DNA of 64,000 nt from Candidatus Krumholzibacteriota bacterium (GCA_963806035.1 CAWDWO010000007.1:36973-100972), one strand, 5' to 3'. Counted from the first letter of the stretch, positions 10,061 to 19,991 are shown. A program made the numbers and translations. Notes: generated by a model from the letters alone, not told the origin.

Positions 10061-11233
10061 TCAGGCCAGGGTTTCCGCGTAGGCTTTCAATCGGGAGACT
10101 CCCTCGGCCAGATTCTCGCGCGAGTTGGCGTAGCTGAATCTGAGATACCCATCGCCGAAGGAACCGAAGGAGGTTCCCGCCAATGCAGCTACACCATACT
10201 CATCGAGCAGGGTCGACGCGAACTCGCGGCACGGCACGCCCAGCTTCTTGATGTTGGGAAAGACGTAGAACGCGCCGCCCGGGGTGAGACAGCTCACGCC
10301 GGGGACCTCGTTCAGGAGGCCGACGACCAGGTCGCGGCGTTCCTTGAATTCCTTCACCATGGCCTGCGCCCCGGACTGGTCCCCGAGAAGAGCCTCCACA
10401 CCAGCGAGCTGCGTGAAGGTCGAGGTGCACGAGGTGGAGTTGGTTTGCAGACGCGCGATGCTGGGAGCCAGGCTATGGGGCATCACACCGAAGCCGAGAC
10501 GCCATCCGGTCATGGCGTAGGTCTTCGAATGCCCATCGAGCACGATGGTGCGATCCTGCATGCCCTCGATCTCGAGCATGCTGTGGTGTTTTCTGTCGTA
10601 GATGATCTTCGAGTAGATCTCGTCGCTCAGCACCCAGCAGTCGTGCTCCTTGGCGACATCGGCCACGGCCTGAAGATCTTCTGGTGACAAAACTCCTCCG
10701 CAGGGATTGCCCGGGGTGTTGATGATGATCAGCTTGGTCTTGTCATTCGCAAGACGGCGCAGTTCCTGGGGATCGATGCTGAAACCGTTCTCTTCCCGCA
10801 GGGGCAGAGGGACCGCTTTGGCGCCGGTGAAGTGAATCATCGATTCGTAGATGGGGAAGCCGGGATTCGGATAGATGACTTCGTCACCCTCTTGGACGAG
10901 CGCGGTGAGCACGAAATAGATGATGGGCTTGGCGCCGGGTGTGATCACGATCTGATCACTGTCGACCTCGACACCACGGTCCTTGCTAAACCACTTCGCG
11001 AAGCCCTCTCTCGCCTCGGGCAAACCCGCGGAGGGGCCGTAATGGGTGGCGCCGTTCTTCAACGCCTTGACCGCGGCCTCCACGATGTTCGCGGGTGTAT
11101 CGAAGTCGGGCTCCCCGATCTCCAGGTGCACGACACTCTTGCCGGCAGCTTCGAGTTTCTTGGCCCGGGCCAGGACCTCGAACGCAGTCTCGGTGCCCAG
11201 CCTCTCCATCCTAGACGCCAGTTCTTTCGCCAC
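10061..11233 (-). CDS. Class I/II PLP-dependent aminotransferase (aspartate aminotransferase-like)
   Basis: 390 aa with GEPDFDTP, the PLP lysine region SKTYAMTGWR and an NPxGxxxS-like segment. Confidence 0.85.
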   Translation of the reverse strand: MAKELASRMERLGTETAFEVLARAKKLEAAGKSVVHLEIGEPDFDTPANIVEAAVKALKNGATHYGPSAGLPEAREGFAKWFSKDRGVEVDSDQIVITPGAKPIIYFVLTALVQEGDEVIYPNPGFPIYESMIHFTGAKAVPLPLREENGFSIDPQELRRLANDKTKLIIINTPGNPCGGVLSPEDLQAVADVAKEHDCWVLSDEIYSKIIYDRKHHSMLEIEGMQDRTIVLDGHSKTYAMTGWRLGFGVMPHSLAPSIARLQTNSTSCTSTFTQLAGVEALLGDQSGAQAMVKEFKERRDLVVGLLNEVPGVSCLTPGGAFYVFPNIKKLGVPCREFASTLLDEYGVAALAGTSFGSFGDGYLRFSYANSRENLAEGVSRLKAYAETLA

Positions 11234-11409
11234 GACGGCTACCTCCCCACCAGGGTACGTTACTTGAGATGAGACTCAGCGAATGTAGTCCCTTGGGGGC
11301 AAAAATTCCAAGCGCCCCTGTGAAAGAAAATAAGGAAGGAGAGCAGATGCGAGCCCGGCGGAACGATTGACTCCCTTGGAGCGAGATCGCGGCCGGAACT
11401 CGGCTGCGT

Positions 11410-12999
11410 TCAGGCCAGACTGCTCAGGTAGTCCTGGATTTCGTCGTAGATCTCGCGTCGCAATCCGGACTTGTCCCTGGCCAGGCGGCGCAGTTCGACA
11501 CCGCGGATGTATTTGACGTGAATGAAGCGCCGGACCAGCTTCACCGGCAGACGCACTGGCGAGCGGACGATCGCTAGGGGGACGTCCTTGTTCGCGAAGC
11601 CCGAGTGGAGTTTCTTGGTGGTGGCGATGTACTCCAGCACCGCGGGGAGCCGGCAAGAACTCGCGATGAAGGTCACGATCCCCGGTTTGTTCACGACCTT
11701 GGGGTTCCGCAACAGGCCGAGAAGAATGCTCGTATTGTTGATGTTCGCCATGATGAGGTCCTTCACGTTCTCCCTCTCCTCCCCTTCTTCCTCTTCGGAA
11801 GTGGGAGGGAAAGGCAAGCCCAGAGGCGCGCGCACGCGTCGGGCAGCGTGAAGGTCGAAGCGTACGATCAACTCCCCGTCTGCGAATTCCAGGCCGGGGA
11901 GCTGCGCGGCCTGAAGTGTCTTCTCGACGGTGGGCCCCACCGGTAATCTCAACCCATCCTCCTCGGCATAGCGGTAACTCAGGAGAACCGACTCCAAGGA
12001 ATCGATCGGAACCGGCCGGAGGTGGTGAGTAAACAGCGCTCTCCCGATCTCCATCAGCAGCCGGGAGTAATAGATCAGCTTCTTGTTCTCCAGGGGACGT
12101 TCGTGCAGACCCTGCAGCAAGCTCAGCGTGGGCTGCAGCAGCTCCTCCGTCTCACAGAGCTCCCGGACGCGAGCGAGCTCCTCTGGCGCCAGAGTTTCCA
12201 GAAACACCGAATGCTGCTCGTTGAAGAGGCGGCAGTCCCTGCTCTCGTCCAGTGCGTCCAGAAAGTTGGAGACGTCGCGGATGGATACGTCGAGTTCGGC
12301 CAATCGCGGCATCATGGCGCCCACCGCCTTGACCGCGTAGGGATCGATTTCGCCCGCGATGGCCGCCGCTCGCTGCTGAGCTGCATGCTGCTCGAGGCGG
12401 GCCAGACGCACGAAGGCCTTCAGCTTCTGCTGTGACAGTTCCCCCTTCTCGCGGATTTCCTCGTGGAGAACGCCAAAGACCTTGCGCGGCACGCGGGCCG
12501 CGCCCAGGTCGAGAGGCGAGGGAAGCGCGAAGGGATTTTGCTCGCGCGGAACGAGATCGGCCAACTCGCGTTCGACCGCTTCGATTTCGTCCAGGAGCGC
12601 GGCCTGCTGGGGTTCGAGGGTTTGGCCCCGATCCCGGCGATGACGGTAGCGGGTACCGACGCGGTGAAGGTGACGAAATTCGAAGATGCCTTCGATGACC
12701 GAGGAGCCCTGCGCCCTCACCGCCATGAAAGCGGCCAGTCCGGCAATTCCAGAGTTCTCGTCATCGGCCGCCACTGCGAAAAGTCCCTTGAGCATCTCCT
12801 TGAGCGAGTCGCTTCCGATGCGCTTGCGCAGCGATTCGGTGAGAGCCAGAGAGCGCTTGATGAGCTCCCCCTCCCCCTCGAGCTGATGCAACCAGCGCCG
12901 CACCACTGGCCGCGGGCGGCAGCGTGCCAGCGCTTTCGTCGAGATTTCGAGCAGAGGTTCAGACGTCAGAAGGGGGCTGGCTGTCCGGGATTGACTCAT
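11410..12999 (-). CDS. Hypothetical protein (529 aa; C-terminal helical repeat region)
   Basis: A long ORF with protein-like composition and no recognisable motifs. The acidic linker EEEEGEERE and a helical C-terminus suggest a HEAT/ARM-like fold. Confidence 0.5.
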   Translation of the reverse strand: MSQSRTASPLLTSEPLLEISTKALARCRPRPVVRRWLHQLEGEGELIKRSLALTESLRKRIGSDSLKEMLKGLFAVAADDENSGIAGLAAFMAVRAQGSSVIEGIFEFRHLHRVGTRYRHRRDRGQTLEPQQAALLDEIEAVERELADLVPREQNPFALPSPLDLGAARVPRKVFGVLHEEIREKGELSQQKLKAFVRLARLEQHAAQQRAAAIAGEIDPYAVKAVGAMMPRLAELDVSIRDVSNFLDALDESRDCRLFNEQHSVFLETLAPEELARVRELCETEELLQPTLSLLQGLHERPLENKKLIYYSRLLMEIGRALFTHHLRPVPIDSLESVLLSYRYAEEDGLRLPVGPTVEKTLQAAQLPGLEFADGELIVRFDLHAARRVRAPLGLPFPPTSEEEEGEERENVKDLIMANINNTSILLGLLRNPKVVNKPGIVTFIASSCRLPAVLEYIATTKKLHSGFANKDVPLAIVRSPVRLPVKLVRRFIHVKYIRGVELRRLARDKSGLRREIYDEIQDYLSSLA

Positions 13000-13073
13000 G
13001 ATTCCTCATGAAGGCTAGGAGTTCCGCGTTGAAGTGCCTCTCTGGAAAGCATGCAATCCTCACACCACCCCAC

Positions 13074-14669
13074 TCAGTCCGCCCCTCCCAGGCGCAACGA
13101 GAAACCGAGTCCCGCGGACCATTCGAGAAGCTCGCTGCGGTCCCTCACGAGTCGCAGCCAAGCCCCGGCCCTGCATCTGCCATCCCGACGGGCCAGCGCA
13201 CAGAGCAGTCCCGAGGCGCCGGGCTGAAGCCAAGTGCTGGCCAGACCCGCCGTCGCCACCCCGACCGCCCAGGGAGAGGAGCGGTCCCCCCGCGCCAGCG
13301 CCAATACCCCGCGCCAGAACCACGCTCTGCCCTTTTCCAGGCTCAGGGCCAGGAGAGTGGCCACCCCGGCATCGTCCCTTTGCTGGCGAAAGCGCAGTCC
13401 GCGTCGCAGTGCGCCGCCGCGTGCCCTCTCCTGCCAATCCAGTTTGAGGAGGAAGGCTGACGGCCCAGCTTGCTCTTCGTCGACCTGCAGGACGACGGCC
13501 AGGCGTGTCGTGGCCAAGGGCCCCGAGGCCCTCAACTGCCAGCGCTCATCGACGCGCACTGCACCCGGCTTGCCGCGACGGCGCCTCCGCGCCAGAGCCG
13601 CAAAAGTCCAGGCTCCTCCACTCAAACGACCGCTGGTCTGAATCACGCGATGTTCACGGTCCGTGGACTGGCCGGTGATGGGATCCTGACCGGAGGCATC
13701 GCCGGGCCCGGCCTGCGTCAACGCCACCCCCCAGCGCGCCGGGCCTTCCCGAAACTGCAGGGCCGCGCACACTCGATCCGAAGCCGAGGAACCCGGAGAA
13801 AAATCACGCACCCATTCCAGACGGGCTCGTAAGTCCTCGCGCTGCAAGGCGAAAAACAGTCCCGCTTCATCCTGATCTCGAAGTGCCAGCCCCAGCTCCG
13901 TTCCCTTCGAGGGGGCGAAGCGATACCCCACGAAAGCGAGGAAGGGAGCGGCATGGGTGTCCTCTGCTGCGCCGCGGGCCAGAAGGAGATGCCAGCTCTC
14001 GAGTTCGAGTTCGATGCCCCCGCCGCGCCAACTCTCGCCATAGAAACTGAGCCGGGGACGCAGGCGAGTTGCTCCGTTCAGCGAGGGACCGGCGGTTCGC
14101 GAGCGAAGCGAGGGATTTTCCAGCAGGAGGGGCCAGGGAAGCTTGGGGCGAAAGTCACCCACGATCAGTCTGCCCCAGCTCGCACGGTAGCTGGCCGCCG
14201 CGCTGCTCACCGTGCCTGGTCCGGGTTCAGCTTGTGCGAGGATCCTCAATTCATCCCGCTGCACCAGCAATCGAGGACGATGCCGCGCCGCGGCGTCCGG
14301 CTTCCAGGCGCTGCGATCTTCGAACTGGAGTTGGGCCTGATGAACCCGCGGGTGCAAGGAAACGAAAGGAGTCAGGGCCGCGATCCTGGCTTCGTCCATG
14401 CCCGGAATGCTCAGCAGATCCTCTAAAGTGGAGAGACCACCGTGTTCTCGCAGCCCCACGATCGCGCCGGCCAAACCCGCGTCCAGCCAGGGCAACAGGG
14501 CCAACTCTTCTTCGGTGGCCGTATCGAGATCCAAGGGTTCGTCGAGCCACTCCTTCAGTTGATCGATCATTTCGTCGCTTTCCGCAGCGTGGGCCGGATT
14601 CGCGCCTGGCAACAGAGCGAGTGAGAGAAACAGCCACAGGTGGATGCCCGCGCGCCTCATCCGCTTCAT
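13074..14669 (-). CDS. Secreted protein with N-terminal ComEA-like helix-hairpin-helix domain and C-terminal beta-rich (barrel-like) region
   Basis: Signal peptide MKRMRRAGIHLWLFLSLALLPGANPAHA. The HhH motif LDTATEEELALLPWLDAGLAGAIVGLREHGGLSTLEDLLSIPGMDEARIAAL is followed by an Ala/Gly/Arg-rich repetitive C-terminus. Confidence 0.55.
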   Translation of the reverse strand: MKRMRRAGIHLWLFLSLALLPGANPAHAAESDEMIDQLKEWLDEPLDLDTATEEELALLPWLDAGLAGAIVGLREHGGLSTLEDLLSIPGMDEARIAALTPFVSLHPRVHQAQLQFEDRSAWKPDAAARHRPRLLVQRDELRILAQAEPGPGTVSSAAASYRASWGRLIVGDFRPKLPWPLLLENPSLRSRTAGPSLNGATRLRPRLSFYGESWRGGGIELELESWHLLLARGAAEDTHAAPFLAFVGYRFAPSKGTELGLALRDQDEAGLFFALQREDLRARLEWVRDFSPGSSASDRVCAALQFREGPARWGVALTQAGPGDASGQDPITGQSTDREHRVIQTSGRLSGGAWTFAALARRRRRGKPGAVRVDERWQLRASGPLATTRLAVVLQVDEEQAGPSAFLLKLDWQERARGGALRRGLRFRQQRDDAGVATLLALSLEKGRAWFWRGVLALARGDRSSPWAVGVATAGLASTWLQPGASGLLCALARRDGRCRAGAWLRLVRDRSELLEWSAGLGFSLRLGGAD

Positions 14670-15424
14670 CGCGCTTCCCTCCCCTCTGGCCGGGCAAGTT
14701 CCAGCGCGAGATAGGGTCCCGCATCGATACTCGACACCAGAGGGAACGCGAGCGCGAGATTGAGTGAGGAAAATCGCAGTCCCAGATGCAGGCTGCCCCC
14801 CCTTGCGTCACCCCGGTACGCGAGCGAAAGCGGAGCGAGCAGCAGCTCGAGACCCGCGCTCCAAATGCCTCGCTCCTCGAAAGGGGAGTCCTCTCGCATG
14901 AGCGCCGCCGCCCAAGCGCTTCCTTCCAGCTCGAATACGTATGCGGCGCTCGAGGGAAGTCGAACACCTTCATGCTCCAGAGGAAATTCCTGCTCGATAC
15001 CGAAAGCGAAGCCGCGCGCCGTGAGCACTAGAGCCAGTTCACCCCGCGAACTCAGCTCGCTGGCGATCGTCTCCACCTCTCTCTTCTGGCGCTGCACTCG
15101 GGCGTGCACGCGGAACCCGGTCCCGGTGAATCGAAACCCCAGTCCCAGCTCCTGCTCGGAATAGGCTGCCGCGCGCAGCTGGCCGGCAAGAGTCCAGACG
15201 AGAACGGAGGAACTCAGGCCGAAGGCTCCCTCCAACCAGCTCTGACTGGAGGGCGCGAAGCTGACCGGGTTTCCCGCACCCAAGCGCAAACGGGCAGAGG
15301 GTGCGCGCATCCAGCAATCGCCGGGCAGAGCTTCCATGCGCCTCGGACCCGAAAAGGTTTCGGCGTGTGCGCTGAGCTGAAGGATGAAGAGGAGGGCGAT
15401 GACGAGCAGCCCCGGCCACCTCAT
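14666..15424 (-). CDS. Hypothetical secreted protein (Gly/Ala-rich, possible outer-membrane barrel)
   Basis: I chose Met45 as start. This gives the signal peptide MRWPGLLVIALLFILQLSAHA and an ATGA overlap with the upstream gene's stop. The ORF-track start at 15556 is less likely. Overlaps the next gene's start by 4 nt. Confidence 0.45.
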   Translation of the reverse strand: MRWPGLLVIALLFILQLSAHAETFSGPRRMEALPGDCWMRAPSARLRLGAGNPVSFAPSSQSWLEGAFGLSSSVLVWTLAGQLRAAAYSEQELGLGFRFTGTGFRVHARVQRQKREVETIASELSSRGELALVLTARGFAFGIEQEFPLEHEGVRLPSSAAYVFELEGSAWAAALMREDSPFEERGIWSAGLELLLAPLSLAYRGDARGGSLHLGLRFSSLNLALAFPLVSSIDAGPYLALELARPEGREAR

Positions 15425-17058
15425 GGTCGCCGTCCCAGTGCGACCAGCGCCGTCCAGCGACGCGGCGCCAACTCTCCGCCTTCGCTCTGTACCACCACCA
15501 CATAGGCCCCCATGGGAACCCGTTGGCCGCGGCTGGAGCGTCCGTCCCAGATCCACTGCCGCAAATTGCCCCCCGAGGTATCGTTGCCCAGCTCGGCGAC
15601 GGTCGTCCCCAGGAGATCCCTGATCTCGGCCTGGACTCTGAGCCCGCTCAGCTCGGCGTGCAGCAGCACGTGGAGGATGTCTCCTTCGCCGTCGCCATCG
15701 GGACTGAAGGGATTGGGAGAGAGCGCCAGGCCACTCTCTGGGCTGCTGAGGGCGGCGGCGGAATTCTCCTCTCCCGGACTGGGAGAGCCCGGAGAGAGAA
15801 ACCAGGCACTGGGAGCCTCGGGACTGACGAAACCACGTTCCATGCTCCTGCCGGCTTCGCCCACCAAATCGTCGCCGTAGCGAAGTTCGTCCACGACGGT
15901 TCCGCTGTCGTCACGCAAGAGAATCCGGTCCGCGAACTCGCTTCCGCCACTGGAGCTGTTGTTGAGCGAGGGCCATCCACCATCGGGGAGAACGACGGGT
16001 AGCTGCGATGAGAGCGCAAAGACGGATCGAAGTGCCTGCGGATCGGAGGAGAGGAGCGCGAAGCCCTCAGCGGAAAAGCCGAGTCCATCGAGTCCTCGCC
16101 AGTCCTCGGTGGCATCGGTGATCGCCCAGCCGTCGAGCACCTGTGGTGCGTCCGGTTCCCCCTTCAACTCGATCCACTCGGGGTGATCCGCGAGCGGCTT
16201 GGCCATGACCTCGTTCAAGAGAACCGGCCCGGGTCCCACTTGATATCCCAAGCTGGCGACCGCGGTGCTGTCGCTTCCCCAAGAGAGCTGGAAACGATGG
16301 CGGCCGCGGCTCAGCCACGCTTCCACCCGGCTTTGCAGTGTGTCACCGGGAGCGGCCTGAAGGACCTGTTGTTCCAGAGGAGTCGCGTCCAGGCTCCAAC
16401 GCAGCGAGAATTCCTGCTGGGGAGCGAAACCATCGACTTGGGCGGAGAACTCGAGTGCGACCTCTCCGGGCATTGCCAGGAAGGACGGCGAGGCACTCAG
16501 CCGCAGAAGATGCAGACTCTCGGCCCGCGCATTGGGACGGCCCGGAGTGGGAGGACTCAGGGCGGAGAAGTCCGCTCGATTGTCGTCGCTGTCGGCGCCG
16601 TCGGGGATGCGACCCAAACTCTCACCTGAGACATCCGGCGCCGCTTCGCCCTCTCCCAGCCCTTCGATTTCGCCCCAAGCCACTCGGTCGAGGATCGTCT
16701 CGTCGCGAGCCAACCACAGAGCATCCGGACCGTTCTGCAGATTCAGTGCTGCCTCGTCGTCCCTTCCTGCGACCTCGGCCCCACCCACGAGATAGAACTC
16801 ACCCGGTGCCAGACTGAGTCCCGCCTTCGCCGTCCACACCACACTTGGCTGTTCGGGCGCCGCACCATTGACGAAGAGCAAACGGACGCCATCCAGAGAA
16901 ATCGCGGTGTCGCCGTCGGCGTAGAGTTCCACGAACTCCCGGCCCCCGTCACTCCCCTTTGGATCGTAGAGAATCTCGTTGAGAACGAGTTGAGCGTGCG
17001 CGCGGGCGGGAAGCGTGAGACAGAGCAGAAGACCGAGGATGCGAAGCATGTGACGCAC
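15421..17058 (-). CDS. Secreted lamin-tail-domain (LTD) protein with C-terminal FlgD-Ig/T9SS-type sorting domain
   Basis: Signal peptide MRHMLRILGLLLCLTLPARAHA. Two LTD-like modules begin LNEILYDP..G..EFVEL and LLNEVMAKP...EWIELKG. The C-terminal segment LSPNPFSPDGDGEGD...YVVVVQ resembles the Por/T9SS CTD. Confidence 0.65.
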   Translation of the reverse strand: MRHMLRILGLLLCLTLPARAHAQLVLNEILYDPKGSDGGREFVELYADGDTAISLDGVRLLFVNGAAPEQPSVVWTAKAGLSLAPGEFYLVGGAEVAGRDDEAALNLQNGPDALWLARDETILDRVAWGEIEGLGEGEAAPDVSGESLGRIPDGADSDDNRADFSALSPPTPGRPNARAESLHLLRLSASPSFLAMPGEVALEFSAQVDGFAPQQEFSLRWSLDATPLEQQVLQAAPGDTLQSRVEAWLSRGRHRFQLSWGSDSTAVASLGYQVGPGPVLLNEVMAKPLADHPEWIELKGEPDAPQVLDGWAITDATEDWRGLDGLGFSAEGFALLSSDPQALRSVFALSSQLPVVLPDGGWPSLNNSSSGGSEFADRILLRDDSGTVVDELRYGDDLVGEAGRSMERGFVSPEAPSAWFLSPGSPSPGEENSAAALSSPESGLALSPNPFSPDGDGEGDILHVLLHAELSGLRVQAEIRDLLGTTVAELGNDTSGGNLRQWIWDGRSSRGQRVPMGAYVVVVQSEGGELAPRRWTALVALGRRP

Positions 17059-17134
17059 CTCCCGGGAGACTCGAGCGAAGGAGGCGCGAAATTTCTCAGT
17101 GCAAAAGCGAGAAAGAAGCCGGCGGCGAAAGAGC

Positions 17135-19369
17135 TCAGACGAGCCCCCAGCGCCGTCGGAGCATCCACTCCAGACTGAGCAACAGTAGAAGAGGAGCGAA
17201 GAGCTTGAAGCTCGCCCACAGAGGCGTGCGAGATCGAGTCACTTTGAGCTTGGACTTCAAAGGCAAATTGCGCGCCCACTCGCTCAGCTCAGCCCTCGTG
17301 ACCACGCTTCCACCGGTGGAGCGTGCAATGGACGCGAGCTGCGCGAAGTCTACGCCGGGATGCTGATACTCCACCGAGTAGGGATCCACGGCGAGCGAAC
17401 TCCAGGGAGAAAAAATACGGCCCGAACTCTCCTCCAAGGCGAGTCGAAACTGGTAGTGGCCCGCGGGCAGAGGGGGAATCGCGAGCTGTCTGCCTCCGGG
17501 CGGTCCATTTTGTGCCCGCTGCATGAGGGCGCGACCCAATACCGTGGTGTTCGAATCCGCGCCAGCAGAGGGTTCCTTTCTCCACTCGATCCACAGATCA
17601 CTGCTCTCGTCCGGCTGACGACGAGCATCCAAGACCACCGCCCGCAAGAGTGCGTCCTCGCCACGCGCGACCACGGGTCGCGGAAGGATGAGTTGCAGAC
17701 GCTTTCGGCTGGCGCCCTCGGCCAGGTAGTAGATGAGATTGCCCACCAGGGCCCGGTAAACGTCCTCCCCCTCTCGCTCGCCCAGCCGCCAGAAAGACCA
17801 GCTCCACATGGGAGCCGCCGACCAGCATGCCACCGTTCCCTTGGCGCTGCTCTTCAAGCTGAGCAACGGAGTCGTGCCTTCAGAGTCTTCCGCCTGCAGG
17901 AGAACGTCGGCGTCAGGCTTGGCAACGATGCCGTGAACTGCATCCCACAGGGGAGGCATTTGCTCCAGTCGCTCCAGCGGATCCCCCACCGAAGCGGGAA
18001 AGGCGAAGATCGGGCTCGAGATTCCCGCGGGAAGAAGTCGTACGCGATGCCGCGCGCGCTTCCATCGAGAGGCCGAGCTGAGCTGAACCGGCAAGAGTTC
18101 GCTGGCCTCGCGAGACAGCGAGCTGGGCGGCTGCCCGCGAGCCTCACCGAAGAGCACCCAGAGTCCGGCCCCTTCCCGCACCGAGGCGATCATGCCCGGA
18201 GCCCGCTCGCTCAGTTGCGCAAAATCTTCCAGAGAGAGGATGACCCAGGCGTCGACTCCGGCCGCCGCCGTGGCATCCACGGGCGGGGTCCATGTACTGT
18301 CGCTTCCGGCTTTCTGCCATCGATCCACCGCACGGTAGACGCCTTCGACATCGAAGCGTGGATCCTCGGCGAGACGACGCCGCAGAAAATGAAAATCCCA
18401 ACCGGGTCGCGACTGGACGATCATGATGTGCAGACGGTCCTTGAGAACTTCCGCGCCAATCTCGATCGCGTTGTTGTCCTGGAGCGCTTCGGAAGGAAGT
18501 GGGGTCAATCGCAGCACGCGGCGCAGCATACCCAGGCTGTCAGCCCGTACCACGAAACTCAAAGGGATGCGCCCGCCTCCTCTCGGCCAAGAAAAACTGA
18601 GCGTGTCCGGGCTGGCACCACCCTGCAAGATGGCGCGCGCATGTCCCGCGTTGGCGGATTCCACCACCGCCTCGGCCGTTATTTCGATCTGATCGCCGCG
18701 GTAAGCCACCGTGGGATAGTGGACGCGATCGAGACGTAGATCGCCTGGACCATTGCTGTCACCCACGGCGAGCGTGAACACGGGCAGACTGAGGCCGCGC
18801 AGTGAGGGCAACTCCGGATCCGTGCTCCTGCCGTCACTCAAGAGCAGAATCGCCTGCAGATTGTCCTCCAGGTGGGATTGCGCGGCCGACAAGAGGAGCG
18901 CGGGCAGATTGGTCCCCTCCTGCGAGCCTGCCTGCAGCTCGCGATGCAAACGGCGCGATCCTTCCGCGCTGAAAAGCTGTGGCTTTTCCGGCCGCCCGGA
19001 CAGTTGCCTCTGGGCAAGCTCGGCCAGATCGCGCGCGTCCTGCAGGCGTGTCGAACCGTCGTGGGATTTCAAAGTCATGCTGCCGCTGTCATCCACCAGC
19101 GTGAGCACGCTGGGCGAAAGCCGCTTGCTGTGACGCGAGAAGAGAACCGGCTCGAGAATCAAGAACAGCAGGAGCAGGAGTGCGCTGGCACGCAGAAGGC
19201 GCAGGATCCAGCGGCGGCTCGTGTTGAGCGAGGGCTGGGTGCGATGGTACGCGAGATACGATACGGCGAGTCCGACGATCAAAAGCAGGATGACCAGTGA
19301 CCAGTCGAGGGCGCCCTTGGGCCAGACGCTCAGTTTTGCCAAGGGGAGAGAAAGGGATGAGAGGGTCAC
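17135..19369 (-). CDS. BatA-like N-terminal transmembrane + von Willebrand factor A domain protein
   Basis: 744 aa. Two N-terminal TM helices are followed by a vWA MIDAS motif (LTLVDDSGSM). The long C-terminal extension contains a third hydrophobic segment. Confidence 0.65.
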   Translation of the reverse strand: MTLSSLSLPLAKLSVWPKGALDWSLVILLLIVGLAVSYLAYHRTQPSLNTSRRWILRLLRASALLLLLFLILEPVLFSRHSKRLSPSVLTLVDDSGSMTLKSHDGSTRLQDARDLAELAQRQLSGRPEKPQLFSAEGSRRLHRELQAGSQEGTNLPALLLSAAQSHLEDNLQAILLLSDGRSTDPELPSLRGLSLPVFTLAVGDSNGPGDLRLDRVHYPTVAYRGDQIEITAEAVVESANAGHARAILQGGASPDTLSFSWPRGGGRIPLSFVVRADSLGMLRRVLRLTPLPSEALQDNNAIEIGAEVLKDRLHIMIVQSRPGWDFHFLRRRLAEDPRFDVEGVYRAVDRWQKAGSDSTWTPPVDATAAAGVDAWVILSLEDFAQLSERAPGMIASVREGAGLWVLFGEARGQPPSSLSREASELLPVQLSSASRWKRARHRVRLLPAGISSPIFAFPASVGDPLERLEQMPPLWDAVHGIVAKPDADVLLQAEDSEGTTPLLSLKSSAKGTVACWSAAPMWSWSFWRLGEREGEDVYRALVGNLIYYLAEGASRKRLQLILPRPVVARGEDALLRAVVLDARRQPDESSDLWIEWRKEPSAGADSNTTVLGRALMQRAQNGPPGGRQLAIPPLPAGHYQFRLALEESSGRIFSPWSSLAVDPYSVEYQHPGVDFAQLASIARSTGGSVVTRAELSEWARNLPLKSKLKVTRSRTPLWASFKLFAPLLLLLSLEWMLRRRWGLV

Positions 19370-19517
19370 CGCGATTCCACTGCTCCGGGAAGGCTCTTGA
19401 AAGAGTCGGGGTGCGGGGCCGACCCGAGGTCCACGCGTTCCTTCGCGGCGAGGACGAAGTTAGGCGTGGAGGACTTGCTGAATACTCTACATACGATGGG
19501 ACCCGATTCGCCACCCG

Positions 19518-19551
19518 GAAACAAAAGCGCCGGCGGAGTCCGCCGGCGCTC
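19518..19551 (-). terminator. Rho-independent terminator downstream of the STAS gene
   Basis: A perfect 10-bp GC stem (GCGCCGGCGG/CCGCCGGCGC) with a 3-4 nt loop is followed on the minus strand by TTTTGTTTCC. It sits 25 nt after the stop of the 19576..19935 gene. Confidence 0.75.
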
Positions 19552-19575
19552 AGGAGTTCAGGAAAGCGGATTTTC

Positions 19576-19935
19576 TCAGGTCGTCGCCGATGCGCTCACG
19601 GCCTCTTCGACCGTGGCGAAGGCCTCGAGGATGTTCTGGAATTCCAACAGTTCGAACACTTCGTAGACGTCGGGAACCATGCCAACCAAGCGTAAGTCGC
19701 CGCCGTTTTCGCGGATCTCGCGAATGACGCTGATGAAGATGCCCCAGCCGGCCGAGGAGATGTAGGAGACCCGTGAGAGGTCCACGATGATCTTGTAACG
19801 CTTCGACTGAATCAGGGACTTGATCTCCCTCTCGAATTCCGCCGAGGTGGTCGTGTCGATGTAGCCTGCCACTTCCAGGACCTGCTGATCCGGGCAGGAT
19901 TCGTGCGCCTTCGAAATGACCATGATCCCATCCAT
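19576..19935 (-). CDS. Anti-sigma-factor antagonist (STAS domain, SpoIIAA/RsbV-like)
   Basis: 119 aa. The STAS fold signature is ...LEVAGYIDTTTSAEFEREI.....YKIIVDLSRVSYISSAGWGIF. The conserved phosphorylatable Ser lies in the YISSAG context. Confidence 0.85.
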   Translation of the reverse strand: MDGIMVISKAHESCPDQQVLEVAGYIDTTTSAEFEREIKSLIQSKRYKIIVDLSRVSYISSAGWGIFISVIREIRENGGDLRLVGMVPDVYEVFELLEFQNILEAFATVEEAVSASATT

Positions 19936-19991
19936 CGAAAGCCCATCTCTTTCTATGCTTGAGCTACCTTAGCTAAGCTATTGCAGCAGAA

